64,000 nt of DNA. It comes from Candidatus Latescibacterota bacterium (GTDB lineage Bacteria > Latescibacterota > UBA2968 > UBA8231). A model generated the notes under the pieces. That model did not search any database. It was not told where the DNA came from and was given only the letters and a program-made list of their open reading frames with translations. The position numbers and the translations under genes were made by a program. Numbering within the stretch: position 1 is the stretch's first letter; the number at the start of each line of letters is the position of its first letter. Positions 39,852-50,800 of this stretch are shown piece by piece. Location of the stretch: contig OZ244561.1 in assembly GCA_965217585.1 (NCBI GenBank), positions 4,608,001-4,672,000 of the forward strand, given 5' to 3'.

Positions 39852-41524
39852 GCGTCGTCTTCCTCAGCTACAATACCCGCGACCTGACCCGCCAGGCCCT
39901 GAGTTCTGTACTCGCCGCAGCCGAGGGCTTAGAGGCGGAGATATTCGTCGTTGACAATGCCTCGGCAGACGGTAGCGCCGACATGATAGCCGAGGAATTC
40001 CCGCAAGTGAAGCTGATCTGCAACGCGGCCAATGTGGGTTTCGCGGCTGGCAACAACGTGGCCCTGCGGCAGGTGACCGGAGAATACGCGCTGCTGATCA
40101 ACACCGATACCATCGTGCGCCGAGACGCACTGTGCACGATGGTAGAGTTCTTGAAGGCACACCCGGAAGCCGGAGCCTGCGGGTGCAAAATCCTCGACCC
40201 GGACGGCACCTTGCAGCTCGACAGCCGCCGCGGCTTTCCCACGCCGTTGGCTGCCTTCTGCAAGATGTCGGGCCTGAGCCGCCTATTTCCCAAGCACCCG
40301 CTCATCGCCCACTATCACATGACGTATCTCGACCCCGAGCAGACGGCCGCGGTCGAGGTGCTGTCTGGTTCCTGCATGATGGTAAGAAAGTCGGCCATGG
40401 ACCAAGTCGGCCTACTCGACGAGGACTACTTCATGTACGGCGAGGACATCGACTGGTGCTATCGCTTCCACCAAGCCGGCTGGAAGATCTACTACGTGCC
40501 GACGACCGAGATTATCCACTTCCGCGGCGAGAGTGGCCGGGGGACGCCCCTGAAAATTCTCTATCGCAAGAGCCAAGCCATGTCGATTTTTGTCAACAAG
40601 CACATGGCGCGGCGCTTTCGCTTCTTCCCGCTGTGGTTCTTGCAGGTGGGCATTGCCCTGCACGGGACGTTCCGCTTCCTCGCCCGGGCGGGTCGCGCCT
40701 TGGCCATGCCTCTGATCGACGCCGGCTTGGTGCTCTGCGGCCTGAAGCTGGGTTTAGTGGTGCGCTACCACCAAGAGCTGGTGCCCTTCATCTATCGCAT
40801 TGAGCAGATCGGCAACCTCTTCGGCCTCGACGTCCAGCCGACGCGCTGGCTGGTTCCGCCTCCGTACTCGGATTTGCAATGGGCTGCTGTGTACGGTGCT
40901 TCGACCTTGGTCTGGCTGTTGGCGTTTTACGTGTCGGGCCTGTACGACCGCCGCCGCTACTCAGTGGCGTGGTCGGTGGTGGGCGTGACGCTGGGGTTTG
41001 CCTTCATCGTGACGTTGGTCTTCTTCTTTAAGGCATACAACTTCTCGCGGCTGGCCGCGGTCGCGGCTTGGTTTTGCAACGCGGTGTTAATCGCCGGTTG
41101 GCGCTTCGTCGCGCGTTGGTTCCTGCACCAGCGTGGCCGCGAGGGCCGGTTGCGCACTCTGCTGGTGGGAACCGATGCGGTTGCAGTGGATTTCGTCGAA
41201 CAGCTAGAGCGGGCGGGCGTGGCCCACTGCAATCTGATCGGCGTGGTGGGAGATGCCCCCCAGCAGCGCGGCCACCCGCTGGCTGGTCGCCCGGTGGTCG
41301 GCCACGTCGGCGAGCTCGAGGAGCTGGTGAACGACTTTGCCATCGACCACCTCGTGTTCACCCCGAGCGCCATGGCGTCGTTCTTGGAGCAGCCAGTGCA
41401 GTCGCGGGGCGCGCGGGATTTGCGCGTTAGTATGGTGCCGATCGCGTTTGCCGAGATGGTTGCCGATCGCGGCGCACACGACTCCGCGTCTTTGCCCCTC
41501 GTAGAAATTAGGAGGGGCAGTTGA
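39842..41524 (+). CDS. GT2 glycosyltransferase fused to a TM bundle and a CoA-binding-like domain
   Basis: VDNASADGS, NVGFAAGNN and YGEDIDWC, followed by TMs, then LLVGT...GVVGD. Confidence 0.85.
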   Translation: MRLSVVFLSYNTRDLTRQALSSVLAAAEGLEAEIFVVDNASADGSADMIAEEFPQVKLICNAANVGFAAGNNVALRQVTGEYALLINTDTIVRRDALCTMVEFLKAHPEAGACGCKILDPDGTLQLDSRRGFPTPLAAFCKMSGLSRLFPKHPLIAHYHMTYLDPEQTAAVEVLSGSCMMVRKSAMDQVGLLDEDYFMYGEDIDWCYRFHQAGWKIYYVPTTEIIHFRGESGRGTPLKILYRKSQAMSIFVNKHMARRFRFFPLWFLQVGIALHGTFRFLARAGRALAMPLIDAGLVLCGLKLGLVVRYHQELVPFIYRIEQIGNLFGLDVQPTRWLVPPPYSDLQWAAVYGASTLVWLLAFYVSGLYDRRRYSVAWSVVGVTLGFAFIVTLVFFFKAYNFSRLAAVAAWFCNAVLIAGWRFVARWFLHQRGREGRLRTLLVGTDAVAVDFVEQLERAGVAHCNLIGVVGDAPQQRGHPLAGRPVVGHVGELEELVNDFAIDHLVFTPSAMASFLEQPVQSRGARDLRVSMVPIAFAEMVADRGAHDSASLPLVEIRRGS

Positions 41525-41593
41525 GTCGGGTAGTGTTGATTTTTTGCTTTTATTTGCGTATTGTGAACGCGAGCATAAGCTGGGAGAATAACT

Positions 41594-42295
41594 ATGTCTG
41601 AGAGGCGTTTGGCAGGCGGTCGGGAGATCGTGCTGCCGATGAGTAAAGCAGTGGAAATTAGTTTTCGCAGCCTGAAAATTCGCTTTGGCCGCTCGCTGAT
41701 CACCACCAGCGGCGTGATTCTGGCCATCGCCTTTTTAATGTCGGTGTGGAGCAACAACGAAATCGTCAGCAGCCTGCGGAGCGCGGACAAAAGCGAGATC
41801 AACTTGCTGTTGCAAAAAAACGGCATTGAGACCGGCATCACCGAGGCTGGCGACGCTTCCGAAGAGGCTGCGGGCCGCATGCAGGAAGAGAAATCCAAGC
41901 AGACTTGGCTCATCAGTCTCTCGCTCTTGGTCTGCGTCGTCGGCATTGCCAACGCCATGTTGATGTCGGTGACCGAGCGGTTCCGCGAGATCGGCACCAT
42001 GAAGTGCCTCGGGGCCTTGGACAACTTTATCGTCAAGCTCTTCCTCCTCGAATCGACCTTTCAGGGGTTGGCGGGGACTTCGGCGGGGATCATCATCGGC
42101 TTCGCGCTGACGCTGGGCTTGGCCCTGCTCGATTACGGCGGCTACGCGCTCACCTATTTCCCGCTGGGCGGCATCGTCGAATCGGCCGGTTACGCCTTGG
42201 TGGTGGGGACCCTGCTTTCGCTGATCGGCGCCATGTTGCCGGCGTACCGCGCAGCCAAGATGGAGCCGGTCGAGGCCATGCGCTCCGACACTTGA
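41594..42295 (+). CDS. FtsX-like ABC transporter permease
   Basis: GIANAMLMSVTERFREIGTMKCLGA and PAYRAAKMEPVEAMR. Confidence 0.9.
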   Translation: MSERRLAGGREIVLPMSKAVEISFRSLKIRFGRSLITTSGVILAIAFLMSVWSNNEIVSSLRSADKSEINLLLQKNGIETGITEAGDASEEAAGRMQEEKSKQTWLISLSLLVCVVGIANAMLMSVTERFREIGTMKCLGALDNFIVKLFLLESTFQGLAGTSAGIIIGFALTLGLALLDYGGYALTYFPLGGIVESAGYALVVGTLLSLIGAMLPAYRAAKMEPVEAMRSDT

Positions 42296-42315
42296 TTCCT
42301 TAGAGGAGATCTGAA

Positions 42316-43089
42316 ATGACCGAAACTGCCCCGGGCGAGGTCGCTGTCCAAGAAGAAGCGGAAAAACGCACTGTAGTACGGACTCAGCAGGTAAAGAAAA
42401 TTTACTTGATGGGCGAGATTGAAGTTCACGCCCTGCGCGGGGTGGACATGGAGATCTACACCGGCGAGTACCTGTCGATCATGGGGCCTTCAGGATCGGG
42501 TAAGAGCACCTTCTTCAACATGGTCGGCGGTCTCGACAAGCCCACGGAGGGCAAGGTGTACATCGACGAGGTGGACGTCGCCCAACTCGACGCGTATGAG
42601 CTGGCTTGGCTGCGCTGCCGCAAGATCGGCTACATTTTCCAGTCATTCAACTTGATCCCGGTGATGACCGCGCTCGAAAACGTCACCTTGCCGATGGTCT
42701 TCGCTGGCCTGACCAGCGACGAGGCCCGCGACAAGGGCATGGAGCTTTTGGTCAAGGTGGGCCTCGGCGAGCGGCACTCGCACAAGCCCTACGAGCTTTC
42801 GGGTGGCCAGCAGCAGCGCGTGGCCGTCGCCCGCGCCTTGGCCAACGACCCGGCTGTCGTCCTCGCCGACGAGCCGACGGGGAATCTGGACCTGCGCACG
42901 GGCACCGAAATCATCGAATTGCTCAAAGAGATGAACGAGAATTCCGGTGTGACAGTCATATCGGCAACCCATGACCACAAGATGCTCAGCGTCTCCGACC
43001 GCGTGGTGTGGGTCAAGGACGGCCAAGTCGATCACGTGCGCAATCGCGAAGAGCTCGATATCGAAGTAACTCAGGTAGAAGGCGAGTAG
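42316..43089 (+). CDS. ABC transporter ATP-binding protein (LolD/MacB-like)
   Basis: GPSGSGKST, LSGGQQQR and LADEPTGNLD. Confidence 0.95.
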   Translation: MTETAPGEVAVQEEAEKRTVVRTQQVKKIYLMGEIEVHALRGVDMEIYTGEYLSIMGPSGSGKSTFFNMVGGLDKPTEGKVYIDEVDVAQLDAYELAWLRCRKIGYIFQSFNLIPVMTALENVTLPMVFAGLTSDEARDKGMELLVKVGLGERHSHKPYELSGGQQQRVAVARALANDPAVVLADEPTGNLDLRTGTEIIELLKEMNENSGVTVISATHDHKMLSVSDRVVWVKDGQVDHVRNREELDIEVTQVEGE

Positions 43090-43874
43090 TGCTGCCGACC
43101 TACCCGCCCGCCTTCTGGGTCTGCGCGGTGGGGGCAGTGTTGTTGATAGGGGTGGCCAAGGCCGGCTTTGGCGGCGGCATCGGGATTTTGGCTACCCCGC
43201 TTTTGGCGCTGATGGTTTCGGTAGCGGACGCGGTGGCTCTGTTGTTGCCGCTGTTGATTGCCTGTGATGTGTTCGCCGTCCGGCACTACCGCCGCACCTT
43301 TGACAAAACGAGCGTCCAACGGCTCCTGCCCGGTTCCGTCTTGGGGATCGGCGCTGGGGCCTTTTTTTTTGGGTACTTCAGCCAACACGAGCGCGTTTTA
43401 GAGATGGGCTTGGGCTGCTTGGCCTTGCTGTTTGTCGCTTTCCAGTTTGGGCGGGCAGCGATTGTCGGGGCTGTGCGGAAGCAGCGTCCGGGGCCACTCG
43501 CCGGCGTGGTGATGGGCGCAATCTCGGGCTTTACCTCGACGATTGCCCACGCCGGGGCACCGCCGGTGGTCATCTACCTGCTGCCGCAGCAGCTACCGCG
43601 CCACGTCTTCGTCGGCACCACGGTCATCTTCTTCGCCGCGCTCAACTTACTCAAGCTGCCGCCTTATTGGGCCTTGGGGCTTTTTCACACCGACATTTTT
43701 AAGACCACTTTGCTGCTGGCACCGCTGGCGTACGCCGGGGTGAAGTTGGGCGTGTTTTTGAATCAGCGATTTAGCGACGTGTGGTTTAATCGAGTGGTGT
43801 ACGGAATGTTGCTGGCGACGGCGGTGCAGTTGATTACTGGCAGCAACCTGCTGGAGGAAATGCTCAATGGATGA
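43089..43874 (+). CDS. TauE/SafE family permease
   Basis: GVAKAGFGGG, LPLLIACD, SGFTS..AHAG.PP and KLPPY. GTG start overlaps the upstream TAG. Confidence 0.85.
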   Translation: MLPTYPPAFWVCAVGAVLLIGVAKAGFGGGIGILATPLLALMVSVADAVALLLPLLIACDVFAVRHYRRTFDKTSVQRLLPGSVLGIGAGAFFFGYFSQHERVLEMGLGCLALLFVAFQFGRAAIVGAVRKQRPGPLAGVVMGAISGFTSTIAHAGAPPVVIYLLPQQLPRHVFVGTTVIFFAALNLLKLPPYWALGLFHTDIFKTTLLLAPLAYAGVKLGVFLNQRFSDVWFNRVVYGMLLATAVQLITGSNLLEEMLNG

Positions 43875-44820
43875 TAGACCCTATTCCCGCCGCACCTTCC
43901 TCAAGCTCTCGACCGCGGCGGCCGCCGGCCTTTCCATAAGTGCCGCTCCGAACCACCGCGACATGCCCTACCGAGTCCTGGGCCGCACCGGCGAAGCCGT
44001 TTCCCTGCTCGGCTTGGGCGGCGCGCACATGTCCGACCACGGCAATATGGAGGAAAAGGCGGCCATCGCCTTGATGCACGCGGCCATCTACGAGGGGATC
44101 AACTTCTTCGACAATGCTTGGGGCTACTCCGACGGCGCGAGTGAAATACGCATGGGCAAGGCGCTGAGCGGCGGCCATCGCGACCGCGTATTTCTAATGA
44201 CCAAGGACGCGAGCCGCCACCCCAAAAGGGCGATTGCCCACCTCGAAGAGAGCTTGAGTCGGCTGCAAACCGACGCGATCGACCTGTGGCAGTTTCACAG
44301 TATCAGACAGCCCGACGACCCTGAGCGGATTTACGAGCAGGGCCTGCTAGAGGCCGCGCTCAAAGCCAAGGAGGAGGGCAAGATCCGCTACATCGGCTTC
44401 ACCGGCCATACCTTGCCCGCTCTGCACGTGGAGATGATTGAGCGCGGCTTTGCTTGGGACGCCACGCAAATGCCGATCAACGTATTCGACCCGCACTACC
44501 TCAGCTTTGTCGAGCAGGTGCTGCCAGTCGCAGTAGAGAAAAACATCGGGGTCATCGCGATGAAGACCTTGGCGGGTTCGCCTGGAGCGATCCTCGCAAC
44601 GGGTGCGGCGACGGCGGTCGAGTGCTTGCGCTACGCCATGAGCCTGCCGGTGACTACCGTGTGTTCCGGGATGGATTCGCTGGAAAAGCTGCGGCAGAAT
44701 GTCGCCGTTGCCCGCAGCTTCACACCCCTCGAAGACGAAGAGCGGCTGGCGCTTTTGTCGCGCACCAAAGAGCAAGGGATGCGGGGCTCACACGAATCGT
44801 ACAAGGCTCGCCAACCCTGA
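43867..44820 (+). CDS. Tat-exported aldo/keto reductase
   Basis: Twin-arginine signal SRRTFLK, DNAWGY, LMTK, SL.RLQTD and GFTGH. Confidence 0.88.
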   Translation: MDDRPYSRRTFLKLSTAAAAGLSISAAPNHRDMPYRVLGRTGEAVSLLGLGGAHMSDHGNMEEKAAIALMHAAIYEGINFFDNAWGYSDGASEIRMGKALSGGHRDRVFLMTKDASRHPKRAIAHLEESLSRLQTDAIDLWQFHSIRQPDDPERIYEQGLLEAALKAKEEGKIRYIGFTGHTLPALHVEMIERGFAWDATQMPINVFDPHYLSFVEQVLPVAVEKNIGVIAMKTLAGSPGAILATGAATAVECLRYAMSLPVTTVCSGMDSLEKLRQNVAVARSFTPLEDEERLALLSRTKEQGMRGSHESYKARQP

Positions 44821-44825
44821 TCGTC

Positions 44826-47804
44826 GTGCGCCATATTTTTTTCTTCCTCTTTTTTGCGGTACCCCTGTGGGGGCAAGACCTAGGCTCCGCGCCGGCCAAA
44901 CCCGCTGGTCCTCCCAAGATGGAAAGTGCGCTGTGGGAACTGGCCGCGCCCTCGGCGGCCAAGCCGACCCGCGCCGCAGCCGGCTCAGATGTGGTCGTCA
45001 TTTTGGTGCCCGCGGCGGGCGCGGCGACCACCATTGACACTACGGCTTTAGCCGCCCTCGGCGTCGAGATCTTAGCCCAGTCCAAGAGCCTGATGCGCGT
45101 GTCGGTTCCGACCGCATTGCTGCGGGCGGTATCTGAGTTGCCGAGCGTGGCCTTCGTCCGCAGGCCGTACCGTCCGCACGCGCAACAGACCTTTAGCGAG
45201 GGCTTAGCTCGCATCCGCGCGCTCGAACATCACGCCGCCGGCGCGAAGGGCCAAGGGGTCAAGGTGGCGATTATCGACGGCGGATTTAAGGGAGCCGATA
45301 AGTTGCACGAAGACATGCCGGTGCGTTTGTGGTACCGCGACTATACGGGCGAGGGGATATACGTCGGCACGGACGCCCACGGCACGGCGTGTGCCGAGAT
45401 CATCTACGACGTGGCCCCAGAAGCTGAACTCTATTTGTACAAGGTCGCGGATATAGTGGATATGGAGAATGCCAAAGATCGCTGCATACAAAACGGAGTT
45501 GCCATCGTAAACTACTCGGCGACCTGGGTGGGCGAGGGCTTTGGGGACGGGCGCGGGATCATCTGCGACATCGTAAATGATGCGGCCGACAACGGCATTC
45601 TCTGGGTCAACGCAGTCGGCAATTACGCCCCAAAGCACTACGCGGGTTTTTGGCACGACAGCGATGCCGACAATCGGCACAATTTTGCCGCTGGCGACGA
45701 CGCGGTGAATTTGGTCGCCGAAATCGGCGACGCCATAAGGGTGACGCTGACTTGGGACGATTGGCCCATCACCACTGAAGACTACGATCTATATCTCTAC
45801 TATCAAGACGCGTTCGGCAACATCAAAGAAGTCGACAAAAGCACTGATGTTCAGGGTAGCGGCGGTGCTCCTGTGGAGTGGCTCGAATACTTTGCCGGGC
45901 AAGCGGGGACGTATGGCATTTCCGTCGTCCGCGTCGGCGAGGCCGAGCCCAAGAAGCTGCGAGTGTGGTCTTGGCACCACGACATCGAATATCCGGTTGC
46001 CGCTAGCAGCTTGGGGATTCCGTCGGACGCTCGCGGTGCGCTGAGCGTTGGGGCGATCCACCACGATCAATGGGACTTGGGCATACTGGCAAGCTATAGC
46101 TCGCGCGGCCCCACCGCCGATGGCCGCATCAAGCCCGATCTCGTCGCGCCTGCGGGCGTGACAACGGTTTCTTACGGTGCGGATGGGTTTGTGGGGACCT
46201 CGGCTGCGGCTCCCCACGTGGCCGGCGCAGCCGCCCTGCTCAAATCGGCCAATCCTTCGCTCTCGCGCGACGATCTGTGGAATGCCCTCGTCGAGGCCGC
46301 CGTCGATTTGGGGGCACCGGGAAAGGACGACAGCACGGGATACGGCAAACTCGTGCTGTCGGTTTCAGCGCCGCAAATTGCGGACGTCTCGCCTGCCCGT
46401 GCTCAATACGGACAAACCGTTACCATCGTCGGCGGGGGTTTCGGCGCAGATAGAGGAACGAGCAAAGTGGTTTTTTTTGCGGGAAAGGAACCGAGCGATT
46501 CCGACTATCTCGCTTGGAGCGACGAGCAGATCCAAGTGCGCGTGCCGACCGGCGCTCGCACCGGCAAAGTGCAGGTGATAACTGGCGGCGGCAGCGACAG
46601 TGCGCAGGTGGTCGTCACGTCGCCTTACATTGAGGCGATCACCAATCACACGCGCATGGATGCGCCGGCCAAGACCGACGATCTCATCGACATTGCCGGG
46701 GACAATTTCGGCCTCGCGCGGGACAGCAGTTCTGTGTGGATTGATTCGGTCGCCGTGTCTTCGTTTGAGTCTTGGTCGGATCAGACGATACGGTTCCGCG
46801 TTCCGCTCAACGCGCCTTCGGGAGAAGTAACCGTTGTGACGTCTGAAGGCACCAGCAATGGCGTCCGCATGGAAATCGCCAGCCCGTATCTGGCACAACT
46901 TTCGCCACCGCAAGTACAAGCTGGCGAGTACCTGAAGCTGACCGGCGGCAACTTTGGCCCCGAGCGCGGCACGGGGTACGTTTTGTTTAACCCCAATGTG
47001 CAAGCGGCGGCGGCTGATTATGCACTCTGGTCTAACGGAGTCATCGTCGTCCGAGTTCCGTCCCAGGCCCGCAGTGGTGGGGTGCAGGTTTTTACCGCCG
47101 ATGGGGCCACCGGGGTCGCACAAGTTGAGATTGGCAGCGAATGGATAGAGCCGCTGCCGAGCAGTGGAATTTTCGGCTACAGCCCACCCGTGGTTAGCAA
47201 AAATCCCAAAAGCGTCAAGTTCGGTTTTGCGGGAATCAATCGCGATGTCCTGTGTCAATTTTCGACTAAGGAAATAAGCGATAACGAGGTCGTCATTTTC
47301 CTCAACGAACAAAGGTATGCAGTGCTCATAGCTGGGGAGGACTGGCGGACTTGGTATCTCGTCCTCAATCAAACATACCTCCAGTCCGGTCAAAACGTCA
47401 TCGAGTTCCGCAATATCATCAACCAAGACCGCGCGGCATCTTTCGTCCGCTGGCAGTTGAAGGACGTGGCGTTGTGGAAGCCGTTTAATGCCAAGCTCGC
47501 CGCCGGGACGCGGCTTTTGTCCAAGTTGCCGGATGGTTTGGACGATCCCTTTCCCACGCCGTTCAACGCGGAAGTTACCATTCCCTTTGTTCTGGCCGAG
47601 TCCGGTCCTGTGCGGCTTGTCGTCTATAATTTGATGGGCCAGCAGGTTCGCGTATTGGCCGATGGATGGGTGGCTGCTGGCGCGCACAGTATGCGCTGGG
47701 ATGGTCGCACGGCTACGGGTGTAGAGGCTGCTTCGGGGGTATATTGGGCCGTGTTGTACACCGGCGATGCGGTTCAAACGGCCAAATTGGCGTTGATTCG
47801 CTGA
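44826..47804 (+). CDS. Secreted S8 subtilase with IPT/TIG repeats and a FlgD-Ig/T9SS-like CTD (paralog 1)
   Basis: Signal MRHIFFFLFFAVPLWG, triad motifs IIDGG / HGTAC / GTSAAAPHVAG, three G.NFG...W(S)D..I...VP IPT units, and a PFPTPFN CTD. Confidence 0.9.
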   Translation: MRHIFFFLFFAVPLWGQDLGSAPAKPAGPPKMESALWELAAPSAAKPTRAAAGSDVVVILVPAAGAATTIDTTALAALGVEILAQSKSLMRVSVPTALLRAVSELPSVAFVRRPYRPHAQQTFSEGLARIRALEHHAAGAKGQGVKVAIIDGGFKGADKLHEDMPVRLWYRDYTGEGIYVGTDAHGTACAEIIYDVAPEAELYLYKVADIVDMENAKDRCIQNGVAIVNYSATWVGEGFGDGRGIICDIVNDAADNGILWVNAVGNYAPKHYAGFWHDSDADNRHNFAAGDDAVNLVAEIGDAIRVTLTWDDWPITTEDYDLYLYYQDAFGNIKEVDKSTDVQGSGGAPVEWLEYFAGQAGTYGISVVRVGEAEPKKLRVWSWHHDIEYPVAASSLGIPSDARGALSVGAIHHDQWDLGILASYSSRGPTADGRIKPDLVAPAGVTTVSYGADGFVGTSAAAPHVAGAAALLKSANPSLSRDDLWNALVEAAVDLGAPGKDDSTGYGKLVLSVSAPQIADVSPARAQYGQTVTIVGGGFGADRGTSKVVFFAGKEPSDSDYLAWSDEQIQVRVPTGARTGKVQVITGGGSDSAQVVVTSPYIEAITNHTRMDAPAKTDDLIDIAGDNFGLARDSSSVWIDSVAVSSFESWSDQTIRFRVPLNAPSGEVTVVTSEGTSNGVRMEIASPYLAQLSPPQVQAGEYLKLTGGNFGPERGTGYVLFNPNVQAAAADYALWSNGVIVVRVPSQARSGGVQVFTADGATGVAQVEIGSEWIEPLPSSGIFGYSPPVVSKNPKSVKFGFAGINRDVLCQFSTKEISDNEVVIFLNEQRYAVLIAGEDWRTWYLVLNQTYLQSGQNVIEFRNIINQDRAASFVRWQLKDVALWKPFNAKLAAGTRLLSKLPDGLDDPFPTPFNAEVTIPFVLAESGPVRLVVYNLMGQQVRVLADGWVAAGAHSMRWDGRTATGVEAASGVYWAVLYTGDAVQTAKLALIR

Positions 47805-47840
47805 GTCGAATTACACTCATCTTCAAAGCATGGAACGACG

Positions 47841-50800
47841 GTGAAACCAATTAATCGTTATAGAATTATGACTGCCCTTTTCTTGGGCATCCTTGGTTAT
47901 GGACCCCTTTGGGGACAGGACTTAGACTCCGCGCCTGACAGACCCGACGGCCCTGCCAAGATACAGAGTGCGTTGTGGGAGCTAGCAACGCCGCGAGCGG
48001 CAAAGTCGATCCGCGATTTACAGGATACTGTCGTCGTCATTTTGGTTCCACATCTTGGCCAAGCGTCGGCTTCGATTGATACTTCGTCGCTGGCTGCACT
48101 TGGAGGGAGGGTTCTGGCGCAGTCTAAGAGTCTGATGCGGGTTTCGGTCCCGGCTTCGTCGTTGCTGGCGGTCTCGGAACTACCGGGGGTCAGATTCGTC
48201 CGCAGGCCGTATCGGCCGCACGCGCAACAGATCGTCCTTAGTGAAGGTGGGGCTCTCATCAAAGCGTATGACAATTACTTCGAGGGCGTGAGAGGCCAAG
48301 GAGTCAAGGTGGCCGTTATTGACGGAGGATTTAAAGGGGCGGACGAACTATCTGGAAACATGCCGGCGAGTTGGTGGTATTTCGACTATACCGGTGAAGG
48401 GATATACGCTGGCGAGATCGTCCACGGCACGGCGTGTGCCGAGATCGTCCACGATGTGGCCCTGGAAGCCGAGATATATCTCTATAAGGTGGGGGATCTG
48501 GTTGACCTTGAAAACGCCAAGGACCGCTCCATACGAGATGGTATTGATGTAATCAATCATTCCATCGGCTGGTTTGGAACAGGCATTGGCGACGGGCGAG
48601 GAGAGGCCTGCGACATTGTAAATGACGCTGCGGATAAAGGCATCCTCTGGGTAAATTCAGCGGGCAATGATGCACAGAGCCATTACTATGGGTTCTGGTC
48701 TGATTACGATTCTGACGATTGGCACAACTTTAGCGACGAAGACGAGGTGCTAGCGTTTGAAGCTGAGGAAGGGGAAGAGATAAGTGTTTTCTTGACTTGG
48801 AATGATTGGCCCGATTCCCGTCAGAATTACGACCTGTACCTCGATTTTGTAAACTCCTCCGGCGATCTCGAAACCGTCGCCGAAAGTACCAACCGTCAAA
48901 ATATTTTCGGTGGCGACCCTGTGGAATGGATAGAAATCAAGGCAGAGAGATCGGGAGAGTATGGAATTTCTGTTCGCAGCGAGGACGATGCCCGACCTAG
49001 AAGGCTGAAAATATGGTCGCTTAATCACGATTTTGAAGAGTATTCGGTCGCGGAGAACAGTATCGGGAGTCCCGCGGACGCCAGAGGGGCTATGAGCGTC
49101 GGAGCGGTTCATTTCGACTACTATGACTTGGGCAGAATTGCAAATTACAGCTCCCGCGGTCCCACCACCGATGGCCGCTTCAAACCCGAACTCGTCGCGC
49201 CTAGTGGAGTATCGACGGTTTCTTATGGAGCGTCGGAGGATTTTTATGGCTATACCGGGACCTCCGCCGCTGCGCCTCACGTCGCCGGCGCGGCGGCCCT
49301 GATCAAGTCGGCCAATCCCTCGTACTCGCGCACTCAATTGTGGAATACACTTATCGCGGCAACGGTTGATATAGGAACTAGGGGAAGGGACAACAACAGT
49401 GGATACGGCAAACTCGTGCTGCCGGTTATGCAAGTTTCCTCCTCTCCTAAAATCACTTCCATATCTCCGAGTCGGGTGCGGTACAATCAAGTCATAACCA
49501 TCCGTGGGACGGCTTTCGGCGCGAATCGGGGCACGAGCCGGGTGATTTTCCACGGGGGCAAGGAACCCAACTCTTCCCAATATGTTAGCTGGAGTGATAC
49601 CCAGATCCAAGTGAGAGTGCCAACTGGAGCGCGCACCGGCAATTTGCAGGTTGTAACCCCGAACGGAAGCGACACAGCACGGCTGACGATTACCTCTCCT
49701 TGGGTCCGTAGCATCTCCCCGCAGACCGGAAGGACCAATACCGTTGTTACCGTGAACGGGGAGAATTTTGGCTCCTCGCGGGGGAGCAGTTCCGTGCGGA
49801 TTGGTTCGGTCACGGTCTCTTCGTTTACCTCTTGGTCGAGTGGAGCGATACGGTTCCGCATTCCCCTCAATACTCCCCCCGGCAACCTGACCGTTAGAAC
49901 GTCAGAAGGCACCAGTAATTCCATCCGCCTAGAAATAACAAGCCCGTATCTGACTAGAATCTCGCCGACCCAAGTAAAAACAGGGGATCGGCTGACGCTA
50001 ACGGGGGGCAATTTTGGCACCAGACGTGGCACCGGATACGTTTTGTTTGTTGCTAATGTACGGCCCTCTGCTGCGGACTATGTGAGTTGGTCCAACAGCA
50101 GAATTGTCGTCGAGGTTCCAGATGGAGCTCAAAGCGGCAGTGTGCGGGTTATTACCTCGAATGGGACGTCGGGGACGAAGCGTCTTGAAATCGAAAGCGA
50201 GCAGCTAGAGCCACTTCCGAGCAGAGGGATCTTCGGCTACAGTCCGCCCACTGTTACCAAAAATCCCAAAAGCGTCAAGTTCGGCTTTGAGGGAATCAAT
50301 CGCGATGTCCTGTGCCAATTTTCGACCAAGGAAATAAGCAACGACGAGGTCGTCATTTTCCTCAACGAACAAAGGTATGCAGAGCTCATAGCCGGGGAGG
50401 ACTGGCGGACTTGGTATCTCGTCCTCGATGAAACATACCTCCAGTCCGGTCAAAACATTATCGAGTTCCGCAATATCATCAACCAGAACCGCACGACATC
50501 CTTCGTCCGCTGGCAGTTGAAGGAGGTGGCGTTGTGGAAGCCGTTTAGTGCCAAGCTCGCCGCAGGGGCGCGGCTTTTGTCCAAGTTGCCGGATGGACTG
50601 GTGTCCGGCCTAGGCGATCCCTTTCCCACGCCGTTCAACGCCGAAGTGACCATTCCCTTTGCTCTGGCCGAGGCCGGTCCTGTGCGGATTTCCGTCTATA
50701 ATTTGATGGGACAGCAGGTTCGCGTGTTGGCCGATGGCTGGGTGGATGCTGGCGCGCACCGCGTGCGCTGGGACGGTCGCACGGCTGCGGGCGCAGAGGC

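Noticed and set aside
44454-44825. 1116-aa version of S8 paralog 1
   Set aside because: The extension overlaps the AKR gene. The signal peptide begins at GTG 44826.
46365-47777. Long antisense or alternative-frame ORFs (also 6159-7340, 21889-22947, 26851-27975, 37835-39166, 40957-42036)
   Set aside because: They are shadow ORFs of well-supported genes in high-GC DNA, with no recognisable motifs.
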